Shown: piece after piece, positions 1 to 13,262 of the stretch | How the letters are laid out: each line of letters begins with the position of its first letter | How positions within the stretch are numbered: the stretch's first letter is position 1 | From: Callorhinchus milii | Taxonomy: Eukaryota | Length of the DNA stretch: 64,000 nucleotides | Assembly: GCF_018977255.1 (NCBI RefSeq) | Contig: NW_024704743.1 | Location: forward strand, 113,152,001 to 113,216,000 | Reading direction: 5' to 3' | Made by a program: the position numbers and the translations under genes | Notes under the pieces: model-generated | What the model was told of the DNA's origin: nothing | Databases searched by the model: none | The model's input: the letters and a program-made list of their open reading frames with translations, nothing else

Positions 1-654
1 CATTCCGCACACACCAACGTACCACAAACAGCCATGATGTAAGGACCCATTTATTTATGAGCTCAAGTGCTCACTTGAATCTTGAATTCATTTTTGTGCT
101 CTGCCCCACAGACAGAATACAGTACTAACAACCAAACCAAGTTGATACCTGAAAGCTATAATTGGAGGAGCCACAAGAAAAAGCAACTCCAAACGAGGTG
201 ACCTAGTTGATCATCCAAGATTCTGGATAGTTTTCCTTTGAAAAAAAATAAAATTCAGGACTGATTTTACATCATTGTGAAAAAATCCTGCTTTAAGAAA
301 AATGCCTCGCCATCCCCCCTCCGCCCATTTAGTAAGATTAAATAGTATGCAGTTAAACTATTTCTGGAATCAGAGTTTCTGGATTCTGTTCAGTAGGTTC
401 TTCGGGTCAATATTTCAGGGAGGGTAACACTGTTCAAAAAAAATCAAGTTGCATTTTTTCAACTCAATAGCTATCTCTGGGAAGGATGTTTGAGAAGAGG
501 GGAGGGCTGACCATTGCCCTCTGGCTCTTTTCTTTGTTGATGTAAAGTCAAAATATTTGGCAGAAAGATCCCTTTACTTGTAGTTCTTCTACCTCTACTC
601 TCAACCCCTCTACTCTCCACCTTATTCCCACTTTCACTCTTTACTTCCATTCTC

Positions 655-1021
655 TGGAGCTCAGTGTTTAGAGCACTAGCCTCATAAGCCCTGAGACCTG
701 GTTCCTTCCCGGCAGGGCGAAATGTTGGCTAAGCTTCTTTACTCCACACACCTCTGTATACCTAGCAGTAAGTAGGAGCGCAGTTGTTAGTCGATTGGCA
801 GATCACTTTTCCGGGGATAATAATTCCTTCCAAAAAAATAAAATAAATAAATAATAAATTGGCCACTTCAATCCACGATTGTTTGTGGGACACTGCTGTG
901 CGCAATTGGCAAAATACGCAGTCAAATCACTTTACAGTATATTCTGTGAGGAGCTTTGAGACGTCTCGAAGACATGATAAGGCGCTATATCAAATGCAGG
1001 GATTATTATTATTATTATTAT
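655..1021 (+). mobile_element. tRNA-derived Deu-domain SINE (diverged copy)
   Basis: Degenerate tRNA-like head (gctcagtgtttagagcac...ggttccttcccggcagg), tgtgggacactgctgtgcgcaattggc core, L2-like tail and (tta)n end. Confidence 0.85.
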
Positions 1022-1320
1022 TCCCCAGTGTCTTTGGCTGTGCTTTTGCTCAACCTGCTTAAATTCTCCCTTGCTCTATGATCTTCATTGTCTTTGTGAA
1101 ACCCCATTGTCAAAGGCATGATGCAAGTTAAATTGCTATAGAGAAACTGCCGTGAGCCTAAAAGGGCAAACCTAGGATACAACGCAATGCACAACATCCA
1201 AATTCATGGTGAGATAAAACCTCTGTCACTTTGCCGAAGCTCGAAGCTCGACAACACTTGATATTGGAGAATGAAAAAAAGGGCATTTTTTAAAACAGTT
1301 TAAAAACTTTTGATGATATA

Positions 1321-1497
1321 CAGTAAACTTTTGATAACTCGACCCTGACTTAACTTGTAACTGCCATTTAAGTCATCATGCTGTCAATATCCCGGCCACA
1401 TTTATTTATGTATTTATACATATGCCTAACTCGCCACTCCAGATAACTCACCACTGAGCCTTTTTCCCTTGAGTGACAAGTTATCAGAAGTTTACTG
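1321..1497. mobile_element. Tc1/mariner-type MITE
   Basis: Terminal inverted repeats cagtaaacttttgataact / agttatcagaagtttactg, flanked by TA at 1319-1320 and 1498-1499. Confidence 0.8.
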
Positions 1498-3741
1498 TAA
1501 CTTGGAGTCCAAGATCTTCAACCAACAACAACAATTTGGATTTATGTAGCACTACTGACAGGAATGTCTGAGTGATCATCAATGCAAGAATTGGACACTG
1601 AGAAAAAGTTCACTACTTTAGTAAATCAAAAGCAACGTCATTGCTTTATAATCGCAACAAAGTAGAGAAGTTAAAGAGAAGGTGCTGCAAGAATACATGG
1701 AACTGTGCAAACATTGGCCACCACATCAAAGTGCTCTGTTTCAGTGTTAATTTGGGTTTTTTCCTCTCACTGTGGAATGCTATCCATTGCCAGGCAGCCC
1801 TGCCTCCGGGTTATACAGGATTAAATTTTTCCACGTGGCAAAGATTTTTAAAAAATTGTTTTCTAGGGATGAGATACTTTTCGTCCTTACCCGCCTGCCT
1901 GTTAAAGTGGACATTAAAGATCCCATGGCACTATTCAAAATGAGAAAGGCGTTTCCTTGCCAACAATCCCCCAAATAAAATTGACTAATCACTTCATGAC
2001 TGCTTGTGGGATATTACTGTATGCAAATTGGCTGCTGCGTTCATCCACAAACCACACAATCACTACACTTTACAGCAGGGGTCTCTAACTGCTCGATTGC
2101 CTTTAGGTGGCACTCTTGTGCATAATCAAAAAGACAACAAAGGAATGATAGAACCGCATAGTTATTTAGTCCAATTGAAAAATAATTCAAATACACGAAA
2201 TATTTCATGCAAGCTATTCTGAACCATTGCTCAGTCCCCTCTGAATTTAGGAAAGTTATTCAAAGAAATGTTTCACTTACTAATACATGATAATATTTTA
2301 AACCTTGTCACTGATAAGAGTGACTTTAATAGTAATATAATCCTCGCTATACAAATGTAATTTTGTTGTTGTTGTTGTGTTTGATGTAACACCTTATTAC
2401 GTCTTTGAGATGTCTCAATAAAGGGCTTCACAGAATATACTGTGAAGTGAATTGACTGTATTTTGTAACGTAAAAACTAGTCAAAGCACTTGGCAGGGAC
2501 GTGCTATCAAGTGAAATAAGTGTATGCAGTATATGTAGACATTTCACACATAGCAACATCCCACAAACAGCCATGATATGATGACCCATTTATTAATGAG
2601 CTCAAGTGCCAACTTGGAAAGTTGAACTCATTTTAATGATCTGCCCAACAGCCAGAATACAGTCCTACCAACTGAGCCAAGCTGATACCTAAAGCTATAA
2701 TTGGAGGAGCCACAATTTGCAAGAAAAGGCAACTCCAAATAAGGTGACCTGGCAAGATTCTGGATAGTTTTCCTTTGAAAAAAAATGAAATTAAGTAATG
2801 ATTTTACATCATTGTGAAGAAATCATGCTTTAAGAAAAATGCCCAACCTCTTCCTTGCTTTATACTGTAAAGTAGGGGAGACCTCGCCTTAAAGTATATC
2901 CTGTGGAGCACTTTGAGACGCCCTTCTGATGTGGAATGTGCTATACCAAATGTAATATTATTTATTATTGCTTCAAGCCTGCCACACATTCTTGAAAAGG
3001 AAGAATTGTGAAAACTATCAAAGAGCATGTGGAGGGAGCAGGAGAGTAGGATTAGTGGAGGCAGCTTATGTAGAGAGAAACACAGACGAAGATTTGGTGG
3101 GTCGAATGACCGGTTCTGTCCTGTATCATTCTGATGCAGGTGTGGCCAATACTTTCCTGCTCCCAGGTTTCGGTCAATCCCAGTCTGAAATGTTCTCCTG
3201 GGACTTGCAGGAGAGCACCCATTCAATACCTTTCTTCGATACCTTTCTTCCACCCCTCTCTTCATGTGGTGGTATACTTCTGCAAGTGTGAAGTGCAGTC
3301 AAAGCCGATCAATGGTTATCAATGGTCTCTTACCTTTCATACTGAGGCCAGTGGTAATTATTGACTGCTTTTGACTGCACTTCGCAAATTGCAAATTGTC
3401 ACCTGTAGTATTCACTGAATAGTGAAATAAAGATAGGAAATATGTGAAAGCAACACAATGTTTGATTTTCATCTCAAAAATACAGATTGAGATTCTCACA
3501 TAAATCTCTTTCCATATCAAGTGTGAGCAGAGAAAAATAAATTATTTCATGGTACAAAGAACCAATGTTTGACTCAGAAGGATAGCTGTCAATTCCAAGC
3601 TTTGATTGATTAGACACTGATAATTCTGTGCCATCCATTAAATTAAGACAGAAAAAATTGGGAAGCGCTTTTGTTATTATCAAATGTTATTATCAGGTAG
3701 TCTCGTTTCTCCAACAAAAATTGCTAGAACTATTACAATTC

Positions 3742-4150
3742 ATGGCTACTTCAGTTAGTAGCACTCTCGTCTCTGAGTCAAAAGGTTGTGGTTTGAAGCT
3801 CACCCAATCCAGGTTGATACTCCAATGTAAGTGTTTAGGGGTGTGCTGCATTGTTGGAGGTGCTGTCCTTCAGATGAGACATTAAACCAAGGTCCGTGTT
3901 CATGTGGATGCCAAAGATCCCATGGCACTATTTGAAGGGAGTTTCTCCTGGTGTCCATGGCAACAATCGTCCAAATAAAATTGGTCAAAAATGTAAGGAT
4001 TATGACTTATTATTCATCTTATGGCTGTTTATGGGACAACTCTGTGTGCAAATTGGTTGCTGAGTTTGCCAACAAAATACACACTCATTGCTTTCTAGTA
4101 ATTCCTGTGATGCACTTTGAGACTTCCTTCTGACATCTAAGGTGCTGTAT
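3742..4150 (+). mobile_element. Older full-length DeuSINE (SacSINE1-like)
   Basis: tRNA-like head, then gttggaggtgctgtccttcagatgagacattaaacc...gatcccatggcactatttgaag Deu-domain-like core and L2-like tail; a partial related copy lies at ~1860-2075. Confidence 0.7.
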
Positions 4151-4894
4151 GCTCTTCCACTAGAGCTATCTATTCTGATCCTATTCCCTCGCTTTTTCGT
4201 CATGCATTTCAATATAATTTTTCCTCAATTATTTGTCCAATTTAAATTCTGTTAATGACACAGCTGAATTTAACAAAGCTTTAAAGTTTTGCCAAAATTG
4301 TTTACCTAAGTAGTAAGTGGCTCACCCGTGACAAAGAGTTCCTGACATTTTTTCCTTTTGATAAAGAATGCCCCAGCTCACTAGCCCCTCTGTGCTATGA
4401 TCTTGTGGATCTTTCAACACTTGTGCAGGAAATTCAGCACTCTGATATGATATTTCTGTGATACCTCTCTCACAGAAGCTGCTCTATTATGACTTTTCAA
4501 TGACCACGGTAGCAATATGATAAGCAGTTTTTAGTTTGTTGTGTCTGGGCAGGTTTTTTTTTGGCTGGTAGCAATGATGAAAATATTTCCCCTTTTCTGC
4601 ATGTGTGAAACAGTGAGTTATGTGGCCATGCCCCAGATATGCAGCTCCAACATGTTTTTAAACAGAGGACAGAGTGACAAAAACTATGAAAACTACAGTG
4701 GAGTTCACTGAACTTATTCTGATTGACAGTCTCCTTGTAATGCATGTGTTTGCAGTCAACATGGCTCTGACTTGTTACACAGCTGGTTGGAAAATTAATC
4801 CAAATACACATAAGCAGGTACTGTATTGTGAGGAAGGAAGAATGTGGTGAATAAATAACAAATAAATGTGCCAGCCTGGCTCAGTTGGTAACAT

Positions 4895-5290
4895 TCTCTC
4901 TTCCCTCCACCAGCTGCAGATCATCCAGAACTCTGCAGCTCATGACCTCTCCTGCACCAGGCTCTGTGACCCCATCATCCCCACCCTTGCCAAGTTCCAC
5001 TGGCTCCTCATTCCTCAGAGGATAGAATTCAAAAGCCTAGTCCTCGCTTTCGAGGCCCTCTGTGGCCTTTCCCCCTCCTACATATCTGACCTGCGGACCC
5101 CCTCACAACCTGTCCGCTCCCTCCGCTCAGCAGGTTCTGGCCTGCTGCAGGTCTCCCACCCGATCCGCCCTACCATCAGTGGCCGGACTTTCAGCCTCTC
5201 TGCTGCCACACTTTGGAACTCCATCCCACAATCTCTTCACCTCTCTTCCCTCCTTTAAAACACAACTCAAGACCCTCCTTTTTGACCGTC
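4895..5290 (+). mobile_element. L2 LINE 3' ORF2 fragment
   Basis: ORF 4866-5258: LQIIQNSAA...PTLAKFHWLLIPQRIEFK, the L2-clade C-terminal motif. Confidence 0.85.
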
Positions 5291-5291
5291 A

Positions 5292-6415
5292 TGAAACATT
5301 AAAGACTTGATAAATTTATAAACTTTTTTATACGAGTGGTTGGTAAACACTGAGACACCGGAGTCCTTGATACAATTTTAATATTTTATGAACACAACTT
5401 TAGTACAGTAAGTCAACCCGAACTTCACACTTAAGTACAGATATAACACTAATAGGATAGTCCGCTTGGCATTTTATGGGCCAAAGAGTACGTTGGTAGC
5501 ACACACGTTAGAATTGTCATCATACTTTATCAGGAAAAATAATTGAATAAAGATGATTTAATAACTAATATAATTTGTGACACAACAGTAGATAATCAAT
5601 AATTCGTGATGCAACAGTAGATAATCAATAATTCGTGATTCAACAGTAGATAATCAATAATTTGTGATTCAACAGTAGATAATCAATAATTTGTGATGCA
5701 ATAGTAAATAATCAATAATTCCTGATACTATAATACACAGTCTGCCGTTCCCAATCCTGAGTTGCTGTGGTTTCGGTCGGAGAGGTCAGCACTTCACAAG
5801 GGTGACCCCAGAGCTCCTCCTCTGTTCTCTCCCCGATCCGAGAACTTCACTCAGATTTGGTTCCTATTCTTATACTCTCTAGCAGCATCTGGACAATAAC
5901 CAGATCTTTCCTGGTCATTGTCCTGCATCCCCTAACTCTTGACCCTTGCTCTCCTCCTTCACTTACCAGTTTTCTAAAGAAGGTGTTGACTCTTACAGCC
6001 ACATCACCTTTGGACCGTTATCTTCCTTCAGATCTGCTCACCTCATTCTGCACATGGTGTTCATTGTACCGGTAGCCCTCAGTGATGGGTTCTCACACGT
6101 TCCTTTACCCCTCGTGACTCTTCTCCTGACTCCTAATCTCCTCGTCCCAGTCTCCCTGTCCTGGCCTTGAAACTGTTTTCTGACATGATTCTTTGTTCTG
6201 GAAAATGTAACTTTGTCTAACTTCTTTGATAGCTCTAAACCAGTTTGTACCAGCCTGCCGACCACTAGGTTCCATTTCACTGCTTACTTCAGGGGTTTCA
6301 TAGGTCATTCAATTGCCCATTTTCCTTATTAAACGACGGCAAGTACATTAGCCATAATTATATAAATCAACACTTATAGTCATGATCATACATAATAACA
6401 TAATCATTATTTACA
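5292..6415 (-). mobile_element. Possible solo LTR interrupting an L2 fragment
   Basis: Abrupt break of the L2 at 5291, TG...CA ends, ATTAAA on the - strand near 5378, internal tandem repeat; no matching TSD seen. Confidence 0.35.
5571..5726. repeat. 29-bp minisatellite, ~5 copies
   Basis: Unit caacagtagataatcaataattYgtgatK starting at 5583, 5612, 5641, 5670, 5699. Confidence 0.95.
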
Positions 6416-6679
6416 AATTGCTATATCAAATGCAAGAATTATTATAAATAGCCAATAGGTGTATCTAAACGTGCTCAACTCTAACCTAATAATAACAATA
6501 ATAACCCTTACATTTGATATAGCATCTTATCATATCATTAAGACATCTCAAAGCGCTTCACATAATGTACTGTAAAGTGAAATTGACTGTATATTTTGTG
6601 GGAGAAATGCTCACTTGCCCACAGCAGTATCCCACAAACAGCCATGGATGGATTGAGTGACCAAATTATTATTTATTTA

Positions 6680-7712
6680 TATTTGGAGAGCGCGGGAGAG
6701 TTCTGGATGATCTGCAGCCTATTGAGGGAGGAGTTGGGGAGGCCGACAAGCAGGGAGTTTGCATAGTTGAGCCTGGATGTTATGATGAGTGTATGAGGGT
6801 CTCGGCAGCCTGTACTGTCTGACAGTAGCGGAGCCAGCGGAGTTACTGAGATGGAGAGAGGCAAAACGGGTCATGGCACGGATGTGGGGTAGAAAGGATA
6901 GTTGAGGGTCAAACAAGACGCCAAGGTTCTGGACTGACTTAATAAGGTGTCCTGTAGCTCAGTGCTTACAGCACTCGCCTTTGCAAGCGAGAGACCTGGG
7001 TTCAATTCCCGGCAGGGTGAAACCTTGGGCAAGTTTCCTTACTCCACACGCCTGATAATAATCCCTCCAAAACAAAACAAAGTAATAAATTGGTCATTTT
7101 CAATCCACAACTGTTTGTGGGACACTGCTGCGCGCAATTGGCTGCCGCGTTTCACCCACAAATATATGGTCAATTCACTTTACAGTATATTCTGTGAAGT
7201 GCTTTGAGATGTCTAGAAGACGTGAAAAGTGCTATACCAAATGCAAGGATTGTTATTGTTATTGTTGAGTCTGCATCCTTGGATGGTGATGTTGTCAGCG
7301 CCTGAGGTGAGGAGGCACTGACGGGAGCCAATCAGGAGAGCCTCAGTCTTTTTGACGTTCAACTGTAGTAAAGTTAGCTCTCATCCAGGACTTGATGTCT
7401 GACAGATATTCTATCAGGACAGCAGTGGTCCTGGAGTCAAGGGTGGAGGCAGAGAGGTAGAGTTGGGTGTCATCCGCATACATGTGGAAGTTGACCCCAT
7501 GCCTGCGGATGATGTCACCAACAGGGGATATATAGATATTGCAGAGAAGGGGACTAAGGGCAGAGCCCTGAGGAATTCTACATGAGATGGTGCGGGGGCT
7601 TGAGTAGAAGCCCTTTGTGAAGGTGAAGTGAAGACGGTATGAGAGGTAGGACTTAAACCACTCAAGGACCGAACCATGAAGGTTGAGGTGATAGGAGAGG
7701 AGATGGAGGAGT
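6680..7712 (-). mobile_element. L2 LINE RT fragment with a nested + strand SINE at ~6949-7266
   Basis: ORFs with [48 protein letters not shown]. Confidence 0.9.
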
Positions 7713-7924
7713 GGTAAATCTATAAACATAGCATTTCAAAGTGTGCAGAATCTGGCAACTTGTTGAATTCAGCTTTAAGTCTGAAGCTTATCTTCGGTAG
7801 CACTTAAAAGAAATTTACAGAAAAATTAAAGACTGAATTTAAGAAATTCTGGGCCCCCATTCCTGACAGTGATGCTAGCCATACATATGTATGTATAACT
7901 AGTACCATTGCCAGGAATGGGGAT

Positions 7925-8125
7925 CCTGTAGCTCAGTGGTTAGAGCACTCGCTTTGCAAGTGAGAGACCTGAGTTCAATTCCAGGCAGGGCGAAACCTTG
8001 GGCAAGTTTCCTTACTCAACACGCCTAATAATAATCCCTCCAGCATGTGTTCTGTGAAGCGCTTTGGGACGTCCTCCCGACGTGAAAAGCGCTATATCAA
8101 ATGCAAGGATTATTATTATTATTAT
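7925..8125 (+). mobile_element. tRNA-derived SINE with internal deletion
   Basis: cctgtagctcagtggttagagcactcgctttgcaag head joined directly to the tail. Confidence 0.9.
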
Positions 8126-10598
8126 CCTTTAATCTATTGCTGAAGTTTTATTCCTATCTGACCTACAATATCTAAGGTCTGCAATGTAATAAGCTCCCAA
8201 AGTTCTACAGATTTACCTGCACTACTGCATTGTGTACGTGTTGTTTTTAAAATAAAAAAAATAAAATGGATATAGAGTTTATTGAATCCAGTTATTTGCA
8301 AACTTTCAGTTAAGCCGGCAATCTTGCTTATAGTAGCTTTCTCACTGAGGCCAACTAACAGAAACAACAGTGTACGGGAGACACAATACTGTACATACAG
8401 CAAAAATAAACACAGTCGTCCTGTTTTGAGGTTTCTAGCTGTTGTGTTGAATGTGGCTATTATTTTATGTGAAGGTCTAATCCCTTGTTTAAAGTTCCCG
8501 AGGCTGAGTGACCACTCACCGCAGATGGGATCTTAGTGAAGACTTACAGTAGTTGTATTATAACATTTTTGTTGCACAAAACACTAATTAGTTCATCCCT
8601 GTGAAGTGCAAGGTTTCTTTTCCTCAGCAAAGCTGCCAGGATTCACTCACTCATGAATGATGAAAAACAAAGCCTATTTCATGGGGAAGCAGGGAGTAGA
8701 ATCTTTTATTTGTCGTGACTTGTAGAGCTTTTTAGGTTTTAACTATTTGCTTGTGTAGGGTTTCTAAGCTAAAGCAACGAGAACTAATGCATGTTTCGGA
8801 GCAGCAATTGTAGAAAGCTGAAATAATAATAATCCCAAATTTGGGATGTGTATGATTAGGCTGTCCCAAAACACCAAGTAAGAATAAAACACTGAATGAT
8901 TTATTCATTGTAGCTTTGAAAAGAAAACAAGAAAAAAGACTAATCTTATTGAAGGACGATTTGCCATTCCATTCCCTTATCTTTCTCGAACACCAGGACC
9001 CACTGGATGTTACTTCCCTCAGATCAAACATAACAGTAGCCCAGTTTGCGGAACACCATTTGTAAGTAGACCTATGGGAGCTGTTCAGATGTTGCATATC
9101 TCTGCGTAGGCCTGGCTGATCTGAGGTTTCAATGACTTACATTTGAGTCAGGATTTGGTTCTCATTGTAAATCAAATGTATTGCCCTGTGGAACAAGGGT
9201 AATCCACAGGGTATCATTTGGACAATAATAAAATGAAAACCTTGCCTGCAGTCCTAAAAAAATAGCATGATACTTCCTAAAAGTACCAAAGATCTTGTGC
9301 CTAATTCACATGCCCACTAAAAAAAAGAGATTACATTACATTTACCACAAAATTTTTTTTGGTTGGAGAAACTAATTTTTTCCATGTTATCTTAGAACAC
9401 CATAAATTAGAGCATTAATGGTTTTATGTTACACTCAGAGTGAAGCAAACCATATAAAGGGTTTTCTTGTGACTGCGAAAAACTGCTGTAGTTCAAGAGC
9501 AGGAAGATTTTCAGTCACTCTGGTAATTTTAATCTGCCACCAACAGATCATAAAGTTAAGGGAATATTTAGATTCGGACATGCAGACGGTCGCTGCATAT
9601 TAATACTCATTGTTTAGTGTCTGGTTATAACTCAACCAAAAAATGTGAGTGGTCCTGCTGTGTTGCTCTAACAGGCAGAATACAGAGGGCTGGAGTTTGA
9701 GTTGCAGCCTTCTGATATCTGAATATAATAATAATAAATCATAATAATGCTTGCATTTGATATAATGCCTTATCATGTATTCTGGATACCTCAAAGTACA
9801 GAATATACTTTAAAGTGAATTGGCTGTATATCTTTGGGCAAAATCTGGGAGTCTAATGCAGAAATGGACTGCATTTATGGAAGGTAATGGACCAGTAAGT
9901 CCAGACCTGCACCACTTTATGGGAAGAAAGGAAAGCATCCCATAATCATCCTGAAAATAGACTGAATACACTTGTAGAGAATAGGAACAGTATAGACCAA
10001 CTTTCACTGTCATTGCCTCTCTAACATTTTGTTAGATTATGGCAGTTCTTTATGGTTTTAAACGACCTCCTCTTCGACCATGCCATCGGCTACCCCCCTT
10101 CCCCTCTCTTCCCTTCTCCCCGCCGACCCCTGCTCGGGTCTGAAATACTGTACTCTGTCGAACGCCTTGGGACGTCCTCCCAATGTGAAAGACGCTAAAC
10201 AAATGTAATCTTGTTGTTGTAAACCCATTTTTCCTTCTTTACTCCATAATCCTTAACACTGCTACTTACCAAGTATCTAAAGTGCTCTGAGACCTGCCCG
10301 ACATGAAGGGCGCTATATAGACGCAAGTTGTTGTTATCTATCTAACCTCCCTTTTTAAGACTACTATCGATTCAGCATTTTTAGTTATCTGACTTCCACG
10401 TTCTCGTAACCCTGAAATATTTTTCGGTTTCAATCCTTTAAAGGATTTTGAGACGTCTCGATGATGTGATAAGGCGCTATGTGATCAGGCGCCTCAATGA
10501 GATACAGCCACATGAAAAGGGTGCTAAATAAATGCAAGTTGTTGTTTCATATCAAGCATAAAGATTAGTAATATTACAATTCATTCCCTTTTTTCCAG

Positions 10599-10793
10599 CT
10601 CGTCCCTGTGTGGTGAGTGAGTGGAGTCACTGGAGTGGCTGTGCTGAGCAATGCCAGCCAAATGTGCGTGTCCGGAGGCGTTACATTGAGCAGGAGCCTC
10701 AGAACCACGGAGATCCTTGTCCAGCTCTGGAGGAACGAGCAGGCTGTCTGGAGTACATGAATTATCAGGGCATCCACTGTGGACTCTCTCATG
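10599..10793 (+). CDS. SBSPON: SBSPON exon 2 (thrombospondin type-1 domain)
   Basis: ttttccag| RPCVVSEWSHWSGCAEQCQPNVRVRRRYIEQEPQNHGDPCPALEERAGC...CGLSH |gt; splice phases join to downstream exons. Exon 1 (signal peptide + SMB domain) not found, probably upstream of the window. Confidence 0.93.
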
Positions 10794-12085
10794 GTACACA
10801 TCCCTTTGTTTATCCTCATAATCTACCTCTCAATAAGTTGTAGGATTTTCACAATGATGCATAAAAATTGCTTTTAGTAAGAAACTTCTTATTTCAAGAG
10901 TTATTTAATGAGAGGATTGTATCTTTTGTGCTCATTAAAGTGAAATATGTCAGCACTCAGAGCAACAGGTAGAGAAGAGGAGATTAGGAAGGGTAGAGTA
11001 TAAATACGGACCAGTTGGGCTGATGGCCTATTTCCGAGCAGTAATATTCTATTTAATTATATGTAATTTGTATAGTGCCCTTTACATAGGGTAACATCTC
11101 AGAGTGCTTTATTGAGTCTTAAACTGGGGTGTATGCCGAGCAAGGGAGGAAGGGCAGGGAGTGGCGGAAGGTGACCAAGGGGGCTAGCCGAAGAGCTAGG
11201 TTTTTTAGGCTTCACTGATGTCACTATTGAGAGCATGGAGGGGGGGTTGCCTCCAGCACATCCAGGTAAATGTGATGTGGCGAACATCAGCTTTGGTGCT
11301 GAATTGCCCCCAATGTGTTTTAACCTAATTTCAGAAAGCATCCCTGCTTGACTTTCCCAATTTCTCAGACCAGCTGTCTTTTTTGGCTGTTTAAGTGACG
11401 TTACCCAACTTGGCAAAAGGAATCCGATGTTTTCAGGGGAAGGTTGGTAAGACAATTAGTGGAAAGATCTTGGCAATAGCACGCTGACAGAGTCCCATTT
11501 AGATAAACAGCGATAGGATGCTCAACAGCGCCTTGGACTGGATAAAACCTTTAGTTTTAGCTGCTTAAATCAAACACTTGCGTGCACAGATAATAGGAAA
11601 ATGTGAGATCTCACATTAAGGATGCATCATGTTCCCCCTCCCCCCAGGAGAAATGGTGTACTCCTCACAAATGATAAAAAGAAGTTTTCAATAGGAAGAA
11701 ATGGATATTTCTGCCTATTGGCTTCCAGAGCCTGTCAGACTCCCAGTTCACCCACCCCAAAACCTCCACAAATCTCACATTTAGTATTGTATGTTAACCT
11801 GGATCCCCAAATTCTAGGGAGAGAGTCCACATTTAATTTCAGACACAGAGAAATTTCCACATGTTATGGCAAAAATATGTGAAACTCTCAATCTGGTTCG
11901 GATACTATTAAGCCAGATACTCTTAAGCATGGTGATGATTTTCTGCCTGTGTCAGATACCAAGCTGATCAGAAAACAAAAAATCTTTTAAGTTTTTTGTT
12001 GTTATTCTTGAATTAAATTGGGCAATTGGGATTTTGTTTATTCAGCTTTTAAATACACCTTTTGGTTTTCTTTTTATTATTCCAG

Positions 12086-12164
12086 TTCCAGCTTTCATAA
12101 GTACAGCGGAATACAACAAGGAGAGAAGAAAGCGTGCTTTAGTTGAAGAGTCAGAGATTTCAGA
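12086..12164 (+). CDS. SBSPON: SBSPON exon 3
   Basis: tccag| (V)PAFISTAEYNKERRKRALVEESEIS |gtgagt; resembles human VPAFITTSAFNKER; phase 1 to 2. Confidence 0.9.
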
Positions 12165-12454
12165 GTGAGTAGCATCCTTCATTACAATCCCATGTTAACA
12201 CCCTTAAGGGAATTGGCAACATTAGAAGCAAAAGTAAAACACTAAAGGTGCTGATTCTCAGATCACCTGCTGAATAAAGAAGTTAATTAAGGTAGGAACC
12301 TATAATGTGAAACAAGTTTCCTAACACAGACCCAGTCCACACAGACCTTTTAGATTTTAATTGTGTTTTTTTATACAATGTATTAGTCGTTGCTCACATT
12401 GAACTCAGCATGAGTTAGGGAGAGGGAAGTCAGCCTGTTTGATATGCGGAAATC

Positions 12455-12702
12455 CAGGCCGGGCGAAACCTTGGGCAAGTTTCCTTACTCCACACTCCTA
12501 ATAATAATCCCTCCAAAAAACAATAATAAATTGGTCATTTTCAATCCACGACTGTTTGTGTGACATTGCTGTGCGCAATTGGCTGCTGCGTTCGCCCACA
12601 AATATACAATCAATTCACTTTATAGTATATTGTGTGAAGCGCTTTGGGACGTCCTCCCGACATGAAAAGCGCTATATCAAATGCAAGGATTATTATTATT
12701 AT
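12455..12702 (+). mobile_element. 5'-truncated tRNA-derived SINE
   Basis: Same body and tail as the full-length copies. Confidence 0.9.
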
Positions 12703-12797
12703 CCTTGCTGAAATGTGTGTGTGTGGGTGTCGACATCAGGTGAGGACAAGATTGAGCTCAGTTAGGAATGCCTCCTGGTGGTGAAACAACCTGCCTT

Positions 12798-13199
12798 TGT
12801 TAAATCCAGATTTCGATGTGCGATTGCTCTTAAAGACCTGAAAAACTCAACACGGAGTCAGTGCGGTATACATCCAAAAAGCTTTATTTCATATATATAT
12901 GAGGTGCAGAGCGGTAGCAACAACTCTCCCAAGGTACTGCTCCCCACACTGCACACCAGATAAAAACAACATCTGACTTTTATACATGTTCCATTTTCCC
13001 ATAATTGGATGTCTGTTTCTTTCATAAAAAGAGATATGGGTCCCGGGTTCCTTAGCACAATAACATATACATTGATAGTTGCAAACCAAAACAAAGCTGA
13101 GCTTACACCAAATGCGAAAACATGTTTTGCCTCATTGCCTTTGCTTATTCTGTAACTTTTGCGATTGCCCAAAGATGTTACATTCCCACACTTTCCACA
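12798..13199 (-). repeat. 3' LTR of the ERV (~400 bp)
   Basis: Starts TGT right after the PPT and ends ACA; TATAAAA at 12978-12984 and AATAAA at 12883-12888 on the - strand. Confidence 0.75.
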
Positions 13200-13262
13200 C
13201 TCCTCCCTTTTATCCCTGGGATAACTCACCAAAACTCAGTAACAGGGCACCAGGGAGGCTCC

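Noticed and set aside
3134..3364. ORF with an Ig-like VYFC and flanking AG/GT, or candidate SBSPON exon 1
   Set aside because: No SMB cysteine pattern or Ig framework; begins in a CR1-like tail
5571..5726. Regularly spaced repeats resembling a CRISPR array
   Set aside because: Head-to-tail minisatellite without unique spacers in a eukaryotic genome
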